DNA from: Felis catus
Lineage: Eukaryota
Assembly: GCF_018350175.1 (NCBI RefSeq)
Contig: NC_058368.1
Location: 217,188,001-217,252,000 of the forward strand
Reading direction: 5' to 3'
DNA length: 64,000 nt
This document shows, piece by piece, positions 13,561 to 28,040 of the stretch. Every line of letters starts with the position of its first letter. The first letter of the stretch is position 1. The notes under the pieces are model-generated. The model was not told the origin of the DNA and did not search any database. It saw only the letters and a list, made by a program, of their open reading frames with translations. A program made the translations under genes and the position numbers.

Positions 13561-13833
13561 TCTTTTTTAAAATGTTTATTTGTTTTTTTAATGTTTTAAC
13601 TTAAAAAATTTTTTTAATGTTTTAAATTCTTTTTTTAATGTTTATTTCTTTTTAGAGAGAGAGTGTATACAAGTGGAGGAAGGGTAGAGAGAGAGAGAGA
13701 GGAGAGAAACTCAAGCAGGCTCTGTGCTGTCAGCATAGAACTAGATACAGGGTTCCATCCCACAAACTGTGAGATCATGACCTGAGCCAAAAATCAAGTC
13801 GCACGCTTAACTGACTGATCCATGCAGGCACCC
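13561..13833 (-). mobile_element. Can-SINE with a reiterated tail
   Basis: Body plus TSD agcata(a/t)tttgta(c/a)ct at ~13545 and ~13838. Confidence 0.92.
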
Positions 13834-14554
13834 TGCAGCATATTTTGTAACTAATTTTCTTATATGTTATTGTGATAGTTGCTCCAATCAGGAAAAACAA
13901 AACAAAAACAAACAAACAAAAAACCTGGTGGACAGAAGGTCTGTTATTTACCTCAGTACCTCCCTGTCAACCCTCAACTCTTATCAACCTCAACTCTAAG
14001 GATTAGGAGGTGACAGAGGGAGCTTCCCTGAATAGGTTTTAAACATAAATTGTATAATTTGTTCTGTTACTAAGCATTATTTAAACCTCAGTTCCTGGTT
14101 CTTGGGTAAAAAAGAGGATTGCTTCTCTTTTTGATTTTGAGACATGACCAACGTTGACAGAAGAATTGGGACAAAATGCCTTTCCCCCTGCCATGAAATG
14201 AAATGGTTCTGGAAGCACTCCTGATCCAGAGGAGCTCACTGACTGTTTTATGTCCTCTCCTATAATTAATGTAAAACATTCAAATTCTCTCTCGTAAACA
14301 ATACAACTGGTTCACGTTAGTAAAACAGTGATATCTCTGATCTTAAAATGTCTTATCCAGCAAAATGGGCCCTAAGGTCTCCTGCTGGAAAAATATAGCC
14401 GAATCCCAAAGGTCTAATTGTCAGGCATAGTGTAAGGTAAAATTAAAGCATTTGCAATTATCTCACATCAAACTGGAATCCCACGTTAAATGTATCCAAT
14501 AGATTTCATTCATAATGTATTCATGAAGAAAAAAGAATCTAATGTTAAAGAGCT

Positions 14555-15030
14555 ATTCATCCAGCCATTCAGTTCACAGATGTTTTATTGGATGCCTCTT
14601 ATATATGAGGCACACTTCAGAGCACAGAGAAAGAATGTTGAATAAGATACACACATTTTTACCTCTCTTCAAACTTATAATCAAGCTAAAGAGACAGATA
14701 ATTAACAGAGGGGAAAGAACACAAGGGATTTTCACACAGTCATTAGCTCCATGTTGAAACTAAAAACATGGGAAGTGGTAACTGAGGGTCTGAGAAGACT
14801 TCTCTTAGGTGGTGATATGTATCAGAGACCAACATAGTAAAGGGTTATCTATGAAAACATGTGGGTGAGGTACATTCCTAGATGAGGTTACAGCTGTTGC
14901 AAAAACCCTACGACAGAAATTAGTTGTCTTGTTCTGGAAGAGAAAGGAGTGAGATGCTAGAATACACTAGTGAGTGAGAAGAAAAGGAGTAGAAAGTAAG
15001 TGTGGAGACATAATCAGGGAGCAAATGGAT
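14555..15030 (-). mobile_element. L2 3' fragment
   Basis: cattcagttcacagatgttttattggatgcctcttatatatgaggcac ... gttgcaaaaaccct L2-like antisense text. Confidence 0.7.
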
Positions 15031-15560
15031 CTATGTGTAACAGAAGCACTTCTAATAAATAATTCAGTAAGCCTAGCTGCTTAATCGTGCCTCAAGTGAA
15101 AAACTGTTAGGTTTCTTTTATTTTTATTTATTTATTTATTTTTATCTTTCATTTCAAGAAAAGCAAAGCTTTCTGGGAGAATCTGCCTGGGGAGTATGCA
15201 GTACTAGTTTGGAAACCAAGAGAAAGGAAATGATTAGATCCAATTCTGCTTATTCATATCATCTCTGAGGCGAGTGGTTGGGGACCAAGTCAATGGGTAA
15301 AATAGACAGACTGAGGCGGAACACCTGCTGTATTCCAATGTTTTCTATTTTGGAAGAATCCTAAGCTGGCAGGATTTCTGACATCTGTAGGAATTATCTT
15401 ATTCCATAGTTTGAGGTAAAACTGGGGACTCTATATTCTTGGGTTTTGCTTGACTAATGAGTGCAAAATAAACAAGCATGTGTTTTACGTTTAAATGTCA
15501 GAACTGTTCAATTGTTACAGCCTACGAGGCCAGATAAAACTCCCCCCTGTAATTTGGTTA

Positions 15561-16056
15561 TGAAGGAAAGCATAATATGTCACGCCAACATTTGCCTCTT
15601 TGACATAAAACTTATTTTGAGCTGAAGGCAATTAAGAGGCAGTAAATGCAGAAAAAGCTCCCCCTTTTGTGCCTAAAGGCAGGAACGAAATTCCCCTTTT
15701 ATTTGAGACAGACTCTTATCAACCCAAAGACTGCACCAGAGGAATCTATCTCCAAACAAACCTCATTAAACTAACCATTATCAACCCCTTATCTTTCTAG
15801 TTACTTCATCATTTACTACCCCCAGCTCAAACTTCTTTGTCTTGTCAATTTTTCAAAAATTTATTGTCTCTTTCTGTAACAGGCATAAAGGCTTCCTGAT
15901 CTGATCACTTCTCCAGGTCTCCATTATCTTGTGATATACATGTAAAAATTTAACACAATTTGTGTGTTTTTCTTCCACTAATATCTTTGTCAAACTGATG
16001 TTCAGGTACAGCCAGGGACCCTAATAGGGCTGTGGAAAACTTTTTCCTTCCCTACA
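15561..16056 (+). mobile_element. Solo ERV1 LTR (MER34-like)
   Basis: TG...CA ends; aatatgtcacgccaacatttgcctctttgacataaaacttattttgagctgaaggcaattaag start and ttttccttccctaca end. Confidence 0.8.
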
Positions 16057-16859
16057 GACACTTGGCCCTTTTACTGAAGGGGCTGAACAAAACCCGATTG
16101 AATCCTTTTGCAATCTCCTGAGTCCGCAAACACCAAAGCCAAACTGAATATGATGAGAGAGACACATTTTTCCCATGACTCCTATATTGGCTCCAGAATA
16201 ATTTGAGACAGGAAAGAAAAAAAAGTTCTCTATTTCCACCAATCTTTACTGGAATTCCTGTAAATCAGTGTAACGGTGTGCATTAATATGCAGTGTGTAA
16301 AGTTGGCTGAGCAACAAACAAGAATAACCATTTATTCTGTGTATAAATTGGAACTTCGGTTTTCACCACATGGCAGGAGCAGGGTAAATGAAATAAATTC
16401 ATATCTAAATATCTAAAATATTTAGACTATATCCTATTTACATAAAAAAGATGCTAAAATATTTGCTTTGAAAATAGCATCAAATTGGTAAAATACCACT
16501 AAGTGAGTTATCAGAATACCATGTGTAATTTTCAAAGTAGGATTCCAATGTCTTTTAATCTACAAGGAGATATCAAATTAATCAAGAGTGTAGATATTTG
16601 AGAACAGGTTTTGTAAGAGGGTATCTTTGGTGAAATACTGGGCTATGATTCCTAGTCTATACAAGGAGTGTACTGAGTGGGGCTTCAAAGACCACTAGAA
16701 AGATTCATCTATATGCCTCCTAAAATTTGGACATATGTATCTCCTCTGAAATTTGTGAGGACACACTTTGGAGTTGTGTTTGATATATAGTTTGCTTCTA
16801 ACCAAGAGACAATCTGAAGTTGCTTACAACAGCAAAACCCAAGGGGCTCATAATATGGG

Positions 16860-17350
16860 CTAGCATATGCCCAATTTTGAGAGCTGGTTAAGCAGCCTAT
16901 GTAATATTCTTTTTTTTTTTTTCCAATAGTCTCAGGCCTGGAGAGGAATGGTACCAGAACAAACTACAACCAGTGAGGACCAATAGAATCTTTATCTGTC
17001 TCCCACAACTTCTCTAATTTCTACATGATAAACTGCAGCCCCTCCCTACAAAACTGCAGAAGTGCTTGGCTCAGGATTTAAAGTTGTTGAAAGAAGACAC
17101 TGGGTGCTAAAGAAGCTTCAATTTGAGATGCTAGCCCAAGCCACCAAAGTGAGTTTCTAAATCAGGACAACATATGCAAGCTGCAACAATGTCTGTTCTT
17201 AGTTCAACCGTCACAGTATTAGAATGGATGCTATTTCACCTCTGCAATCCAAATGGCAAGAAAATTGATCTTGTGGTGGACCCCAACCCAGAACTATACA
17301 GGGAAGGATATTTTTCAAAGTCAAATTCCAAGTTAATTAAGTTGATACAC
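16860..17350. mobile_element. Ancient MaLR/LTR fragment
   Basis: aactatacagggaagg...ttccaagttaattaagttgataca resembles old MLT1 ends. Confidence 0.4.
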
Positions 17351-19291
17351 GAGAAAGGGGCTGAACTCCCTTTTGATGGTTGGCAGAGTGTTTGCATCCT
17401 GGGGTATTGTCACCTTTCTCATTTCCTTTGGTTTCCAGTGAAAACTTTCTAGTGAGAGAGGAATTGCAGAGCTATAAGAAAATCTGCCACACTCCATTCT
17501 GTGAAAGCAGATGAAAATATTTGAGCCATGTGCTCTTTGAGAAATTGTGGGTCTCACTTTTTAAATGCAACTTGATGTCTTAATTATGATATTGGACACA
17601 TATAATTACCAAATTGATGTTGCATGTTTGAGTTACAATGTGACCATTATTAGAAAGATATGATTCTTTGAGAATGATGAAAAAAAATTATGGGAGTGTC
17701 CAAATTTTTCATTAAGGTACAGGGAAGTTATCATTCCGTCCCGAAAAAATTTTAAAGGCAGTATGAAATCAAAAATAAAGTTTCTCCTGTATTACATTTA
17801 CAGAAAGCACACTTCATGCAAATACTTTATACTGAATAAAAATTTAATAATGTTAACATCATATTTTCTAATTCACCATGTACTTACCAATATTTAGAAT
17901 ATCAATAACCATTCCAGACTTTCAAACAATTTGAGTGGCTATCGAAGACTCAAAATAAAGTGTCATCGCTTCCCTTACTTTAACCATGAGTGTAAAGCCG
18001 TCTTCACTTTTGAGTACTTTGGGAAGATTGGTAGAGAGGCCTTTAAAATCTATAGATTACCTTTTGCTAACAGAGGGTGTTTAAAATTCCACCTTCTATT
18101 TTGAGCCTCCTTAGCTAAGGTTAGTACTGGATCTGCAAGCACTAAACTGCAGATAAAGACAACATTTTTTACATAAGAAAGATGACAAAATAGAACTTAC
18201 TTTTCTAATACCTGGTTTATCAAGCATTGGTTGAAATTTTTTAAATAGTCTAAAGTAATTAAAGGCTAGTAAAACGTCTAAAGCTTTATACAATTTAAAA
18301 CAGATTTTTTTAGCACTTTGTAAAGAATATATTCCATACAGTCCTGAGGTTAGAACTGTTATTCTGGCAATAAAGACTGATGCTGGAATAAAACTACTTG
18401 ATAATTGTACCTGAAGACTTATGTTGTGAAGTTTCAGCTAATTACTAGGAAATATATTTTTCCCTTTCTATAGCAAGTTTAACTGATTCTTTTTAATTCC
18501 CAAACCTCTTTTTCACTGAGACCCAACATAGTCTTTCCTTCTCACAGTAGATATTAAAACCTACACTAAATAAATACTTCTAAGACATTAAAGAGAAACA
18601 CAGAATTATGCAATCTCACTTTCATTAACATGGTCACCTTCATAACTATTTAAAAGTAGTAATTTATCCCATCATTTAAAAAGTTTAAGTCTTTATTCTG
18701 CTAAATTTTGTAACCATTATTTTATTAGATAATGCCTCTAAGGTAACACAAAGGTTTCGGTTGTCAAATATAAATGAATGCAAATAATAGATTTTACCCA
18801 GCACCAAATTCCAATAATTATTCAAGAAATCAAAGAATTTCTTGTAGGCTTTATAAGCAAATACCATTTGAAGATGAAACTTTTCTTTTCCCCCTTCCTT
18901 TGAAAAGTCCAAGCCCCTCAGACAAAAGTCCATAAAATACCCTTTCCTTCTACAATAGGATGAATTTGGGTTTTGGATTTACCGTATAAGTTTCTTTCCA
19001 TAGAAATATGGGGATTACTAAAGAGCCATTTCAGTTATCAGGCATCTCTGCTTTATAATCCATTTGTTAGTTTGCATGACTAGCCCCCATTCTCTGGCCA
19101 GCTATGTCCTCTGCAATTCCCATTCCGCATATATTTAAATAAGCAGTCTGGACATGCTTTGAATATATTGCTAAAAACACCTCACAGATAAGAATTTTTC
19201 ACTTATTAATATTAGTAGTGAGCTTACCAGGAGGACTAGCAGTAGCATATTTGTAAGGATGTTTGATTAGATTTTCCATTTTTTTTCCTTT

Positions 19292-19490
19292 CCTTAATTT
19301 TTTGGTCATACTTTTAGAGACAGAAAGAGCATGAGCAGGGAAGAGGGGCAAAGGGAGAGTGAGAGAGAACTTAAGTAGGTTCACGCCTGACGTGGGGTGG
19401 GGGTAGCTCCATCTCATGGCTGTGAGATCATGACCTGAGACTAATTCAAGAGTCAGAGGCTCTTGAGCCACTGAGCCACCCAGGCTCCCC
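19292..19490 (-). mobile_element. Can-SINE
   Basis: gtgagatcatgacctgag...ctgagccacccaggctcccc. Confidence 0.92.
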
Positions 19491-19634
19491 CAGATCTTTC
19501 CTTTTTCCAAAGTATTCCATACTGTAAATTTTTTGTGATTTCTTTACTTCAATGAAAATTCGATGATACTTTGCAAGTAGCAGACATGCTTAAACATAGT
19601 TCTTCCATCATAGACCTTATCGATTCATTTGTTT

Positions 19635-20890
19635 GTTTTATTATGACAAAATACATATAGAACATATATCATTCTAACATTTATCTTATCTCACAAAGCT
19701 AAAGCTCTGTGTGCATTAAACAATAACTCCTCATTGTCCCTGCTCTCCCATAGTCCCCGCTTCTAGCAACCACCATTCTATTTTCTATCTCTGTGGGTCT
19801 GTCTTTTCTGGTACCCCACATAAGTGGAATCATAAAATATTTTCCCATTAGTGTATGACTTATTTCACTAAGCATGATGTCCTCAGGTTTCATCCATGTT
19901 TTAGCATGCATCAGAATTTCATTCTTTTTTAAGGCTGAATATTGTTCACCATATGCAAAAAGCACGTTTTGCCTATTTAGTCATATCTCCATGGACATCT
20001 GTGTTGTTTCCACTTTTGGGCTGTTTTGAATAATGCTGCTACAAATTTGGGTGTACACATATCTTTTCAAGTTCCTGCTTTCAGTTCTTTCGAGTATATA
20101 CCCAGAAGTGGAACTGATGAACCATATAATTTTATGTTTAATTTTTTTGAGGAACTCTCATACTGTTTTTCTCAGGGGCTGCACCATTTTACTCTACCAG
20201 CAGTGCACAGAGTTTCAGTTTCTCCACATTCTTGCTAATATTTGTTAGGTTCCTGGGGTTTTTTTGTTTTGTCTTTTTTTTTAATAACTGCCATTCTAGG
20301 GGGTATCTCCATGTAGTTTTGATTTGTAATATCCTAATGATTAGTGATGTTGAGCATCTTTCCATGTGCTCATTGGCCATTTATGCATCTTCTTTGGAGA
20401 AATATCTATTCAAGACCTTTACCCATTTTTTAAAAAAAATTTTAATGTTTATTCGTTTTTGAGAGAGAGACACAGAGCGTGAGTGGGGGAGGAGCAGAGA
20501 GAGACACACACACAACTTGAAGCAGGCTCCAGGCTCTGAGCTGTTAGCACAGGGCTCAAACCCATGAACTGTGAGATCATGACCTGAGCTAAAGTTGGAC
20601 CCCCACTGGACTGACCCACCCAGGCACCCCCAAGACCTTTACCCATTTTTAATTGTGTAGTTTCTTTATTGTTGAACTGTAGGAGTTCTTTACATATTCC
20701 AGATATATAGAGGTATATAAAACTCTTCCTCAGAGACATGATTTACAAATATTTTCTCCAATGTTTTTTTCTTTAAAGCACAATTTTTTTTAATTTTGAT
20801 GTAGTCTAATCTCTCTATTTTTCTTTTGTTGCCTGTGCTTTTGATATCCTATCCTAGAAATCATTGTCAAATCCAATGTCACGACTCTTT
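19635..20890 (-). mobile_element. L1MB-like 3' end and ORF2 end
   Basis: cattaaacaataactcc...ataagtggaatcata; minus ORFs 19699-19965 and 20189-20380 resemble L1 ORF2 C-terminal text (RCSTSLIIR..QIKTT). Confidence 0.9.
20431..20630 (-). mobile_element. Can-SINE inserted in L1
   Basis: Identical 20-bp flanks caagacctttacccattttt at 20411-20430 and 20631-20650. Confidence 0.97.
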
Positions 20891-21136
20891 TAGAGCACAA
20901 ATTAGCAAGGAGTAACATATCCAATTGTTTTTCAGTATTATTACATTTACAAAACCCATTGATTTTTTTAGATAAGAGTTGTTAATGAGCAAATTTTAGT
21001 ACTGGCTACACCTACAGACAGTAATGTATATGGAGATCTTCACTATAATACCATCAGGAAAGGCAATATTAATAATAATGGGTTCTTGTTAGATTATTTT
21101 AAAGGTGTTATGTGATAGTGTAAGCATATATGTATG

Positions 21137-21332
21137 ATTATTTATTTATTTTTGAGAGGGAGAAAGAGTGCAAGCTTGGGAGGGGCAGAGAGCAAGGGAG
21201 AGAGAGAATCCTAAGCAGGCTCCATGCTGTGGGCCTGCCCGAGGTGGGGCTCTATCTCACTGACCAGGAGGTCGTGACTTGAGCCCGAATCAAGAGTTGA
21301 ATGCTTAACCAACTGAGCCACCCAGGTGCCCC
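21137..21332 (-). mobile_element. Can-SINE
   Basis: Typical body ending ccacccaggtgcccc. Confidence 0.93.
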
Positions 21333-21580
21333 AAGAATATATTACTTATTAACATCATTTATTAGCATATTTCTAAATTTTTGCTATTACTAAACTATAG
21401 CTCTAAATTACTCACTGAATTCACATATGCCATGGCTTTATTTCCTTGAGTAGGAGTTAATTATAAAAATGTAATTTTCTTATATACAAATTTATGTATA
21501 TATAAATAAAATGTAATTATGAAACCTAATTTGAGTTACATTTGAAAAAATACCTGGGTCTTACTCCTCAAAACTTCTAA

Positions 21581-22005
21581 GGGATGGATGAATGGATAAA
21601 GAAGATGTGGTATATATATAATGGAGTATTTCTCAGCAATCAAAAAGAATGAAATCTTGCCATTTGCAATGACGTGGATAGAAATAGAGGGTATTATGCT
21701 AAGTGAAATTAGTCAGTGAGTGAAAGACAAATATCATATGACTTCACTCATATGAGAACTTTAAGACACAGAACAGATGAACATAAGGGAAGGGAAGCAA
21801 TAATAATATAAAAACTGGGAGGGGGACAAAACGTAAGAGACTCTTAAATATGGAGAACAAACAGAGGGTTAATGAAGGGGTGTGGGAGGGGGGATGAGCT
21901 AAATGGGTAAGGGGCATTAAGGAATCTACTCCTGAAGTCATTGTTGCACTATATGCTAACTAATTTGGATGTAAATTAAAAAAATAATAATTTTTTTAAA
22001 AAACA
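21581..22005 (+). mobile_element. Felid L1 3' end (5'-truncated)
   Basis: gatgaatggataaagaagatgtgg...aaggggcattaaggaatctactcctgaagtcattgttgcactatatgctaac followed by an A-tail. Confidence 0.92.
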
Positions 22006-22034
22006 CACAAACCCCCTCCCAACACAAAAACCCA

Positions 22035-22345
22035 ACAAATAAGGTCTGAGGACCTGTCATATACCAGATTAGACAAGAAGACATAATAATTAAATGTAAT
22101 GTGATATTCAGCATGGAATCTTGGGATAAAAAAAAATAACATTGTGGAAAAAATAATGAAGTTCAAATAAAGTCTGGATTTGTGTCAATAGTAATGTACC
22201 AAAGCTGGTTTCTTTGTTGTTGTGTGCCATGATAATGTCAGATGTTAACAGGGAAAAATGAGTGACAGCTACCTGGGAACTCTCTGTATTATCTTTGCCA
22301 TTTTTCTGTAAATCTAAAGATATAATAAAGTAAAAGGTTAATTTT
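22035..22345 (+). mobile_element. L1MC-like 3' end
   Basis: taaatgtaatgtgatattc...gggaactctctgtattatctttgccatttttctgtaaatctaaa. Confidence 0.8.
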
Positions 22346-25300
22346 TTAAACCTTTACATACATATATATATGTACATATATATATACATTAATGATATAT
22401 ATGGCCATGAAAAATTAAATAATAATTTTAGTAAAATTATCAATTTGGCAGAGGTTTCTTCACCATTGTCTGTTTGAAAATACCAGTCCATATAACTAGT
22501 TATCTCAATTGATTAGCTTGGCATGAATATATAAATGGTTTATCTTGTAGAACATATAAGCAATATTTTTTAAAGCTAGACATTCTAGAATGTATTATTG
22601 GAAATTTATTTTGACTGAGGACCATTTAGGTTAAAAATTAGCTTAACCCTTTTTTCTATTAAGTGTAATATTACCAGGGCTCTGCCATATGAGGCAAAAA
22701 TCTTGTGGCTTCTATGGTTGAATGCTTGCTTGCTCAAGCAGATCAAAGGCAATATATTCTGAGAAATCTTTTGAGTATGGGAAGGATTAACTCCCTTACA
22801 GGCACATACATCTGTTAAACAACTCAACTCTCAGCGAATTCTATCAATTCCACTTTCTCTAACTTCAGTTCTGTAATTCATTCAAAAGTTTTAAACTGTC
22901 TTCAAGTAATAATACTGTATAAGTGCACCAAGCCCCAAAGCTATCTGTACATCATTTTCTAAAGTAAATCCTGATTAATCAAACTCTAAAATAAGTAAAT
23001 TTAGGACATATATCACATAGATATACACATACATTTTTTTCATATATGAAAGTTTGTATACTAATCAGAAAAATAAGATGATCTAAAACTAAATTTAAAA
23101 TAGAAGGATATGAGTGTTGCCAAAAGTTTAGTGGTGGGGGAAAAAACTATTCAGGAAGGAATGATTGAATGACCTTCCAGTTTTCTCCATTTGTATATGT
23201 GTTTAGTATGCTGCTGGTTTATGTCAGGTCAGCAGAGAAATACTCATGCAGGCTGGCTGAATTTTATACTCAGCCTCTATAGGCATATTACCTGCCTCCA
23301 ATATTTTCTTTTTTTTTTTTTGTCTTTGTTTTTGTTTTCTGAGTGGCATTTGATGCAATGTTATTAAGAATGAAAGTAACCACTTGTTTAAGGTGACCTC
23401 TGTATATTTCATTAGAATTTTGTCAAATATAGTTTTATCAGTCAGGGTACTGCTTATGAATAGTTGTACTTTTGCAATGTCTTTGTATTTATCCAACAGT
23501 TATGACAATTGTGTAGCTAAATAGGTCGATTTTTGTTGTTGCTGTTTTGCAACAAGATAGCATAAAGCTAAATTTTAACCCATTCAGTAAAATCACACTA
23601 TGCATTTTAATCCTTTTCCAATCTGTGGTTTATGTCTCAACTTTACCTTTTCACCTTATTTCCTCTCAGTTTTAATACTTGTTATCCTGTTTGGTGTTTA
23701 TTTTCCTGCTTAGAAATAACCCTAGGCTCAGTCTGCATCTTTTTTTAAGAGAAATGCAGGTTTTTAATTAAGTTTAAACATTGTAAACTCTAGAGATCCG
23801 ACATTTTCCCTCCTTGTGAAAGCATGTTTTTCCACATAGTTGTTAAAAGACTTCTGTTATCTGAATAAATCAAGAAACCTATAGAGGTTCATGAAATGTT
23901 TACAAAAACAAGAGAATTTTATATACAAAATTCACACAAAGCTGTCAATGCTGTTCTTTGTTAAAAGTAGCATGTTTTAACCTTTGAATGAGAGCTAACA
24001 ATTTTAAGATTTTCTAAGCAGATGGAGTCTAATAAATAGTGTCTCTGAAAGCAGAGGTTAATTTTTGGGAGTGTAGGCATGAACATAGAAACAAACTATG
24101 GTAAACTTTGAAAAACTTTGGTCTTAGAGTTAGCACAAAGTTTGCAAGCTGGGGTTTGAGTTCCTTCATAGCTTTCTCAAAGACAGAAGTCATGGATCTG
24201 ATAGAATTGAGCTTTTCATAAGCCAATCAAAAATGGCTAGCCTTACTGACAGCCTAATTATGTTGGCTTTTGCTTATTTGTTTTGTTGTTTTGTGTGTGT
24301 TATGTTGTGCATGTTTATCCCGAGGTTGATATTGAAGAGAGTAGTTAGATACTCTCAAATATTCATGAAATAATCTAAAACTCTAATTGCAAGATCAGAT
24401 AACACTTTTTACCAAGGAGTTCTATGCTCCAATACACTACTTCTTAATGTCAGAAAGAGGGATTCGTTTCAGATTGATCATTTCTACTGTTGAGTCTTGT
24501 GCAGAGATGAGGAATATTCTCAGATATTCATTTTGTTAATCCTCTGACTTTTTTTTTATCTTTAAGACCTCTTTGTTATTTATAGTGATCTTATAAATCT
24601 TTCTTTGACATACTCACTTTAAAATAGTCAAAATGAATTTACTGTTCTAACCTCGTACATTGAAGGGATTTAAAAGAGGTTCTGAACATTTCATTAAAAC
24701 TGCTTACTACCTACTTATATGTATGACATATTCATAATTTAAAATAATAAAAGAATACAATTGTTAACTATAAACACTATAAATTCTGGGACACATCAGA
24801 AAAGATGATTTTTTTTTCTAGATCAATTTTTCTATGATTCTTGGTATTTCACTTAAAATCCATTTTAGATAAAAGAGATCGTATGGAAGAAAATACATTT
24901 TACTATAATTCAGAAATCATAACTAAGTACTGTGGATCCAACTGGTTAGAAACTTGTTCCTGGATGGTACAGAAATGTCCAGTGTGGTTCTAATAAGATA
25001 TCCTATGTATACTGGGGGGAAATGGAAAAGAGGTCAATTTCTACTAGAAGGGGAAGAGTTTTAAAAATATATGAACATTACAAGAGATACTAAGTGAACT
25101 GCCTGATTAGGATAGAAGGTACAAGGTAGGTGGGCTAACTAACCATAAAACTTTATGCAAATAGACACTTCATGAAAAGTTCACAGAGCTCACTACCTAG
25201 ATTCTGACCTCAGGGTCCTCTCAACCCTTACGAATATATGTCAATATAAAAGGAGCATGAATATTAATTTCATATAGATTCCTTCAGGCCAGTTGACACA

Positions 25301-26199
25301 GAACAAGAATAACATTACACATTCTTGCCCAAGAAGCAGAGTGTTTAACTACTATTCATGTTTTGCCTAATGCTAAATGTCAGGGTCGGGAAGAATACAA
25401 ATATACAAAATGTGGTTGGAGAGGTATTCTGTATTTTCTGGTGATTTAATTTGCTTTTATTTTACTTTCCTATTTCTTTCTTGTGCAGATCACTTACAAA
25501 AATGAGTAATGATGGGGATGAGCAAAAATTTAGGATGATTGTCAAAATGGAAACTTGGATGTTGTCTTTCCTGAGGCTTCCTGATATTTCCTTCCTACTA
25601 ATCATAATGTAAGCATAAGTTTCTTCTGTGTGATATTTCATCTCCCCATAGTGGAAGTTTTTCTCATCTATTCACTCTACACTCCTCTTAGCAAACCTTA
25701 TGGGACATAACTGGTCCTCAAACTCTGTAGTTCTTGCAATTCACGATATACAATATTAACAATTTTTTGGTCTACTATTTGGAGTACAGACTCAACTCTA
25801 TAAAAAATAGGAAATATCCCCTTAGGTAGCCTACAATAATAGAAATATGGAAGGTAAAATGCAGAAACGTATGTGTAATAATTAGAATGGCTATATTTTG
25901 CTAAATATTCAATTATTTTTGCTGAAATACTGAGTTGTGAAAATCATTTGGAAAATTCTCTGAAATAATATTGTACTACAGTTTTATTGACATATAATTT
26001 CTTAATCTAGAAAGAATGTCATACTTTTGTTTCACAGCACTTGACATAATTGATATTAGATAACAATTTTTTGTTTGTCTTAGGGTATGTCTAATAAATG
26101 AATTTTGAAATTCAATACTAAGTATAATTTCGTACCAAAACAAAGACAAAGCCTCACTTTAGGCACAATAAAAACTTGATGAATTCAAGAACGAATGAA

Positions 26200-27450
26200 T
26201 GAATGACCACCATCACATAGTGTAAAGTCTAGCACAGGAAACATGAATAACTAGGCAAGCAACAATTTTGTGTTACATGTGTGCAGACAGAAATTTGAGG
26301 GTTCTGTGGGAGTAGAAGAGAAGGACAACACACACTATCAGATTAAAGACTATTATTGTTAGTTATACAGGTGAAAGAGGAGTGTGTTTGGGATGACAGA
26401 TTTTTTCAGGTCAGAGGAGATATTTGCAAAAGTCCCTCAGTGAGCTAATTTAAAATACCTTCTAGAAACTGAGCATTGACAAAGGGACGGTCAAAAATAA
26501 CTAAACAATAAACAGGATATAGGAAATTATGACACCTTTCTATGCAGTCTTCTCTTCACTAGCTGATTGAACATATGTTGATGTTACTTGGGAATGAGAT
26601 TAGAAGTTTACAGGAAAGCCAGAAGAACATGATGTCATGTTAAAATATGGAGTGCTGAGTACTTTTGAGAAGTGAATTAAGGGCTGATGATGATCATGAC
26701 ACATATGCAAAGATATGCCTTCAAAATAGTTCTCCAGTATCATAAATGTGTGCCATTAAGATGTCCATATTTATAATGGTAGTGAGTTGAGATTATGTGG
26801 AAAGTAAATGAAAACAGCTCATGTATGCATTTTTCAAAATGTTTTAGTGGGACAGAGTTAAAAGAATAGACAGAGAATAGAAACAAACATAGGATCAAAG
26901 GAGAGCTATCTTGTTTTTCCATAGTTGGTTTTACAAAAGAGATGTGAACTGTGCATGTGTAAAATAATATTGGAAAGAGTCCTTAGAGATGGCAAATGGC
27001 ACCATAAAACAAAGAAAGGGGGATAAAAAACAAGTAGGAACATGACCCAGTTAAGAGTTATTTGGATTAGACTGGGAAAAACCATCTGTTTTATTGTGAA
27101 AATAGTATCAGTGAGAAGGACCCGAACATGGACAGATAAGCTCATAAGTAGACAGGCTGGTAGTAAAAAGGGGTATGCCTGTGTGTGTCTGTTTTGCTTT
27201 TATTGTTTTGAGGTAAAAATGCAAAGTTGGCTGCTGAAAGAGAAATATGGGGGAGGAGAGGTTTGGTGGAAATGCAAAGATGTGCAATGACCTGTGTGGA
27301 GCCTAAGAGAGATGAGTAAACAGAGAGAGGAAAAAATTGTCCTAGATTTAAAATTTCTTTGGTGCTGGATATCATGAATTTATAATAGAACCAATCTTAG
27401 TGCCTGAGTGATTTTCTTTAACAATTCTTTGCAGCTTGAGCATAGGCAAG
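26200..27450 (-). mobile_element. Degenerate L2 fragments (probably continuing at 28040-28600)
   Basis: G/A-rich text resembling antisense L2; weak. Confidence 0.35.
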
Positions 27451-27459
27451 GGAATGTGA

Positions 27460-28040
27460 TAATATCCAAAATATATAATCAACTTATACAATTCAACACC
27501 AAAAAAGCATCTGAGTGAAAATGGGCAGAGGATGTGAGTAGGCATTTTTCCAAAGACATACCGATGGCCAACAGCACATGAAAAGATGTTCAATACCACT
27601 CATCATCAGGGAAATGCAAATCAAAAGCACAATAAGATATCATATTAAACCTGTCAGCATATCTAAAATCAAAATGGCATGAAATAACAAGTATTGGCAA
27701 GGATGTGGTGAAAAAAGAACTCTCATTCTCTGTTGGTGGGAGTGCAAATCGGTTTGGCTGATATGGAAAACAGTATGGAGGTTCCTCAAAAAATTAAAAA
27801 CAGAATTATCATATGATCTAATAATTCCACTAGTAGGTATTTATCTAAAGAAAGAGAAAATACTAATTCAAAAAGATATATGCACCCATGTGTTTATTGC
27901 AGCATTATTTACAATAGCCAAGATATAGAACTAACCCAAATATCCATCCATGGATGCATGAAAAAAGAAGTGATACACATATACAACAGGTTATTTTTCA
28001 GCCATAAAAAAGAATGAGATCTGGCCATTTGCAACAAAGT
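27460..28040 (+). mobile_element. L1 ORF2-end fragment
   Basis: catcatcagggaaatgcaaatcaaaa...tatggaggttcctcaaaaaattaaaa...gccatttgcaaca. Confidence 0.92.
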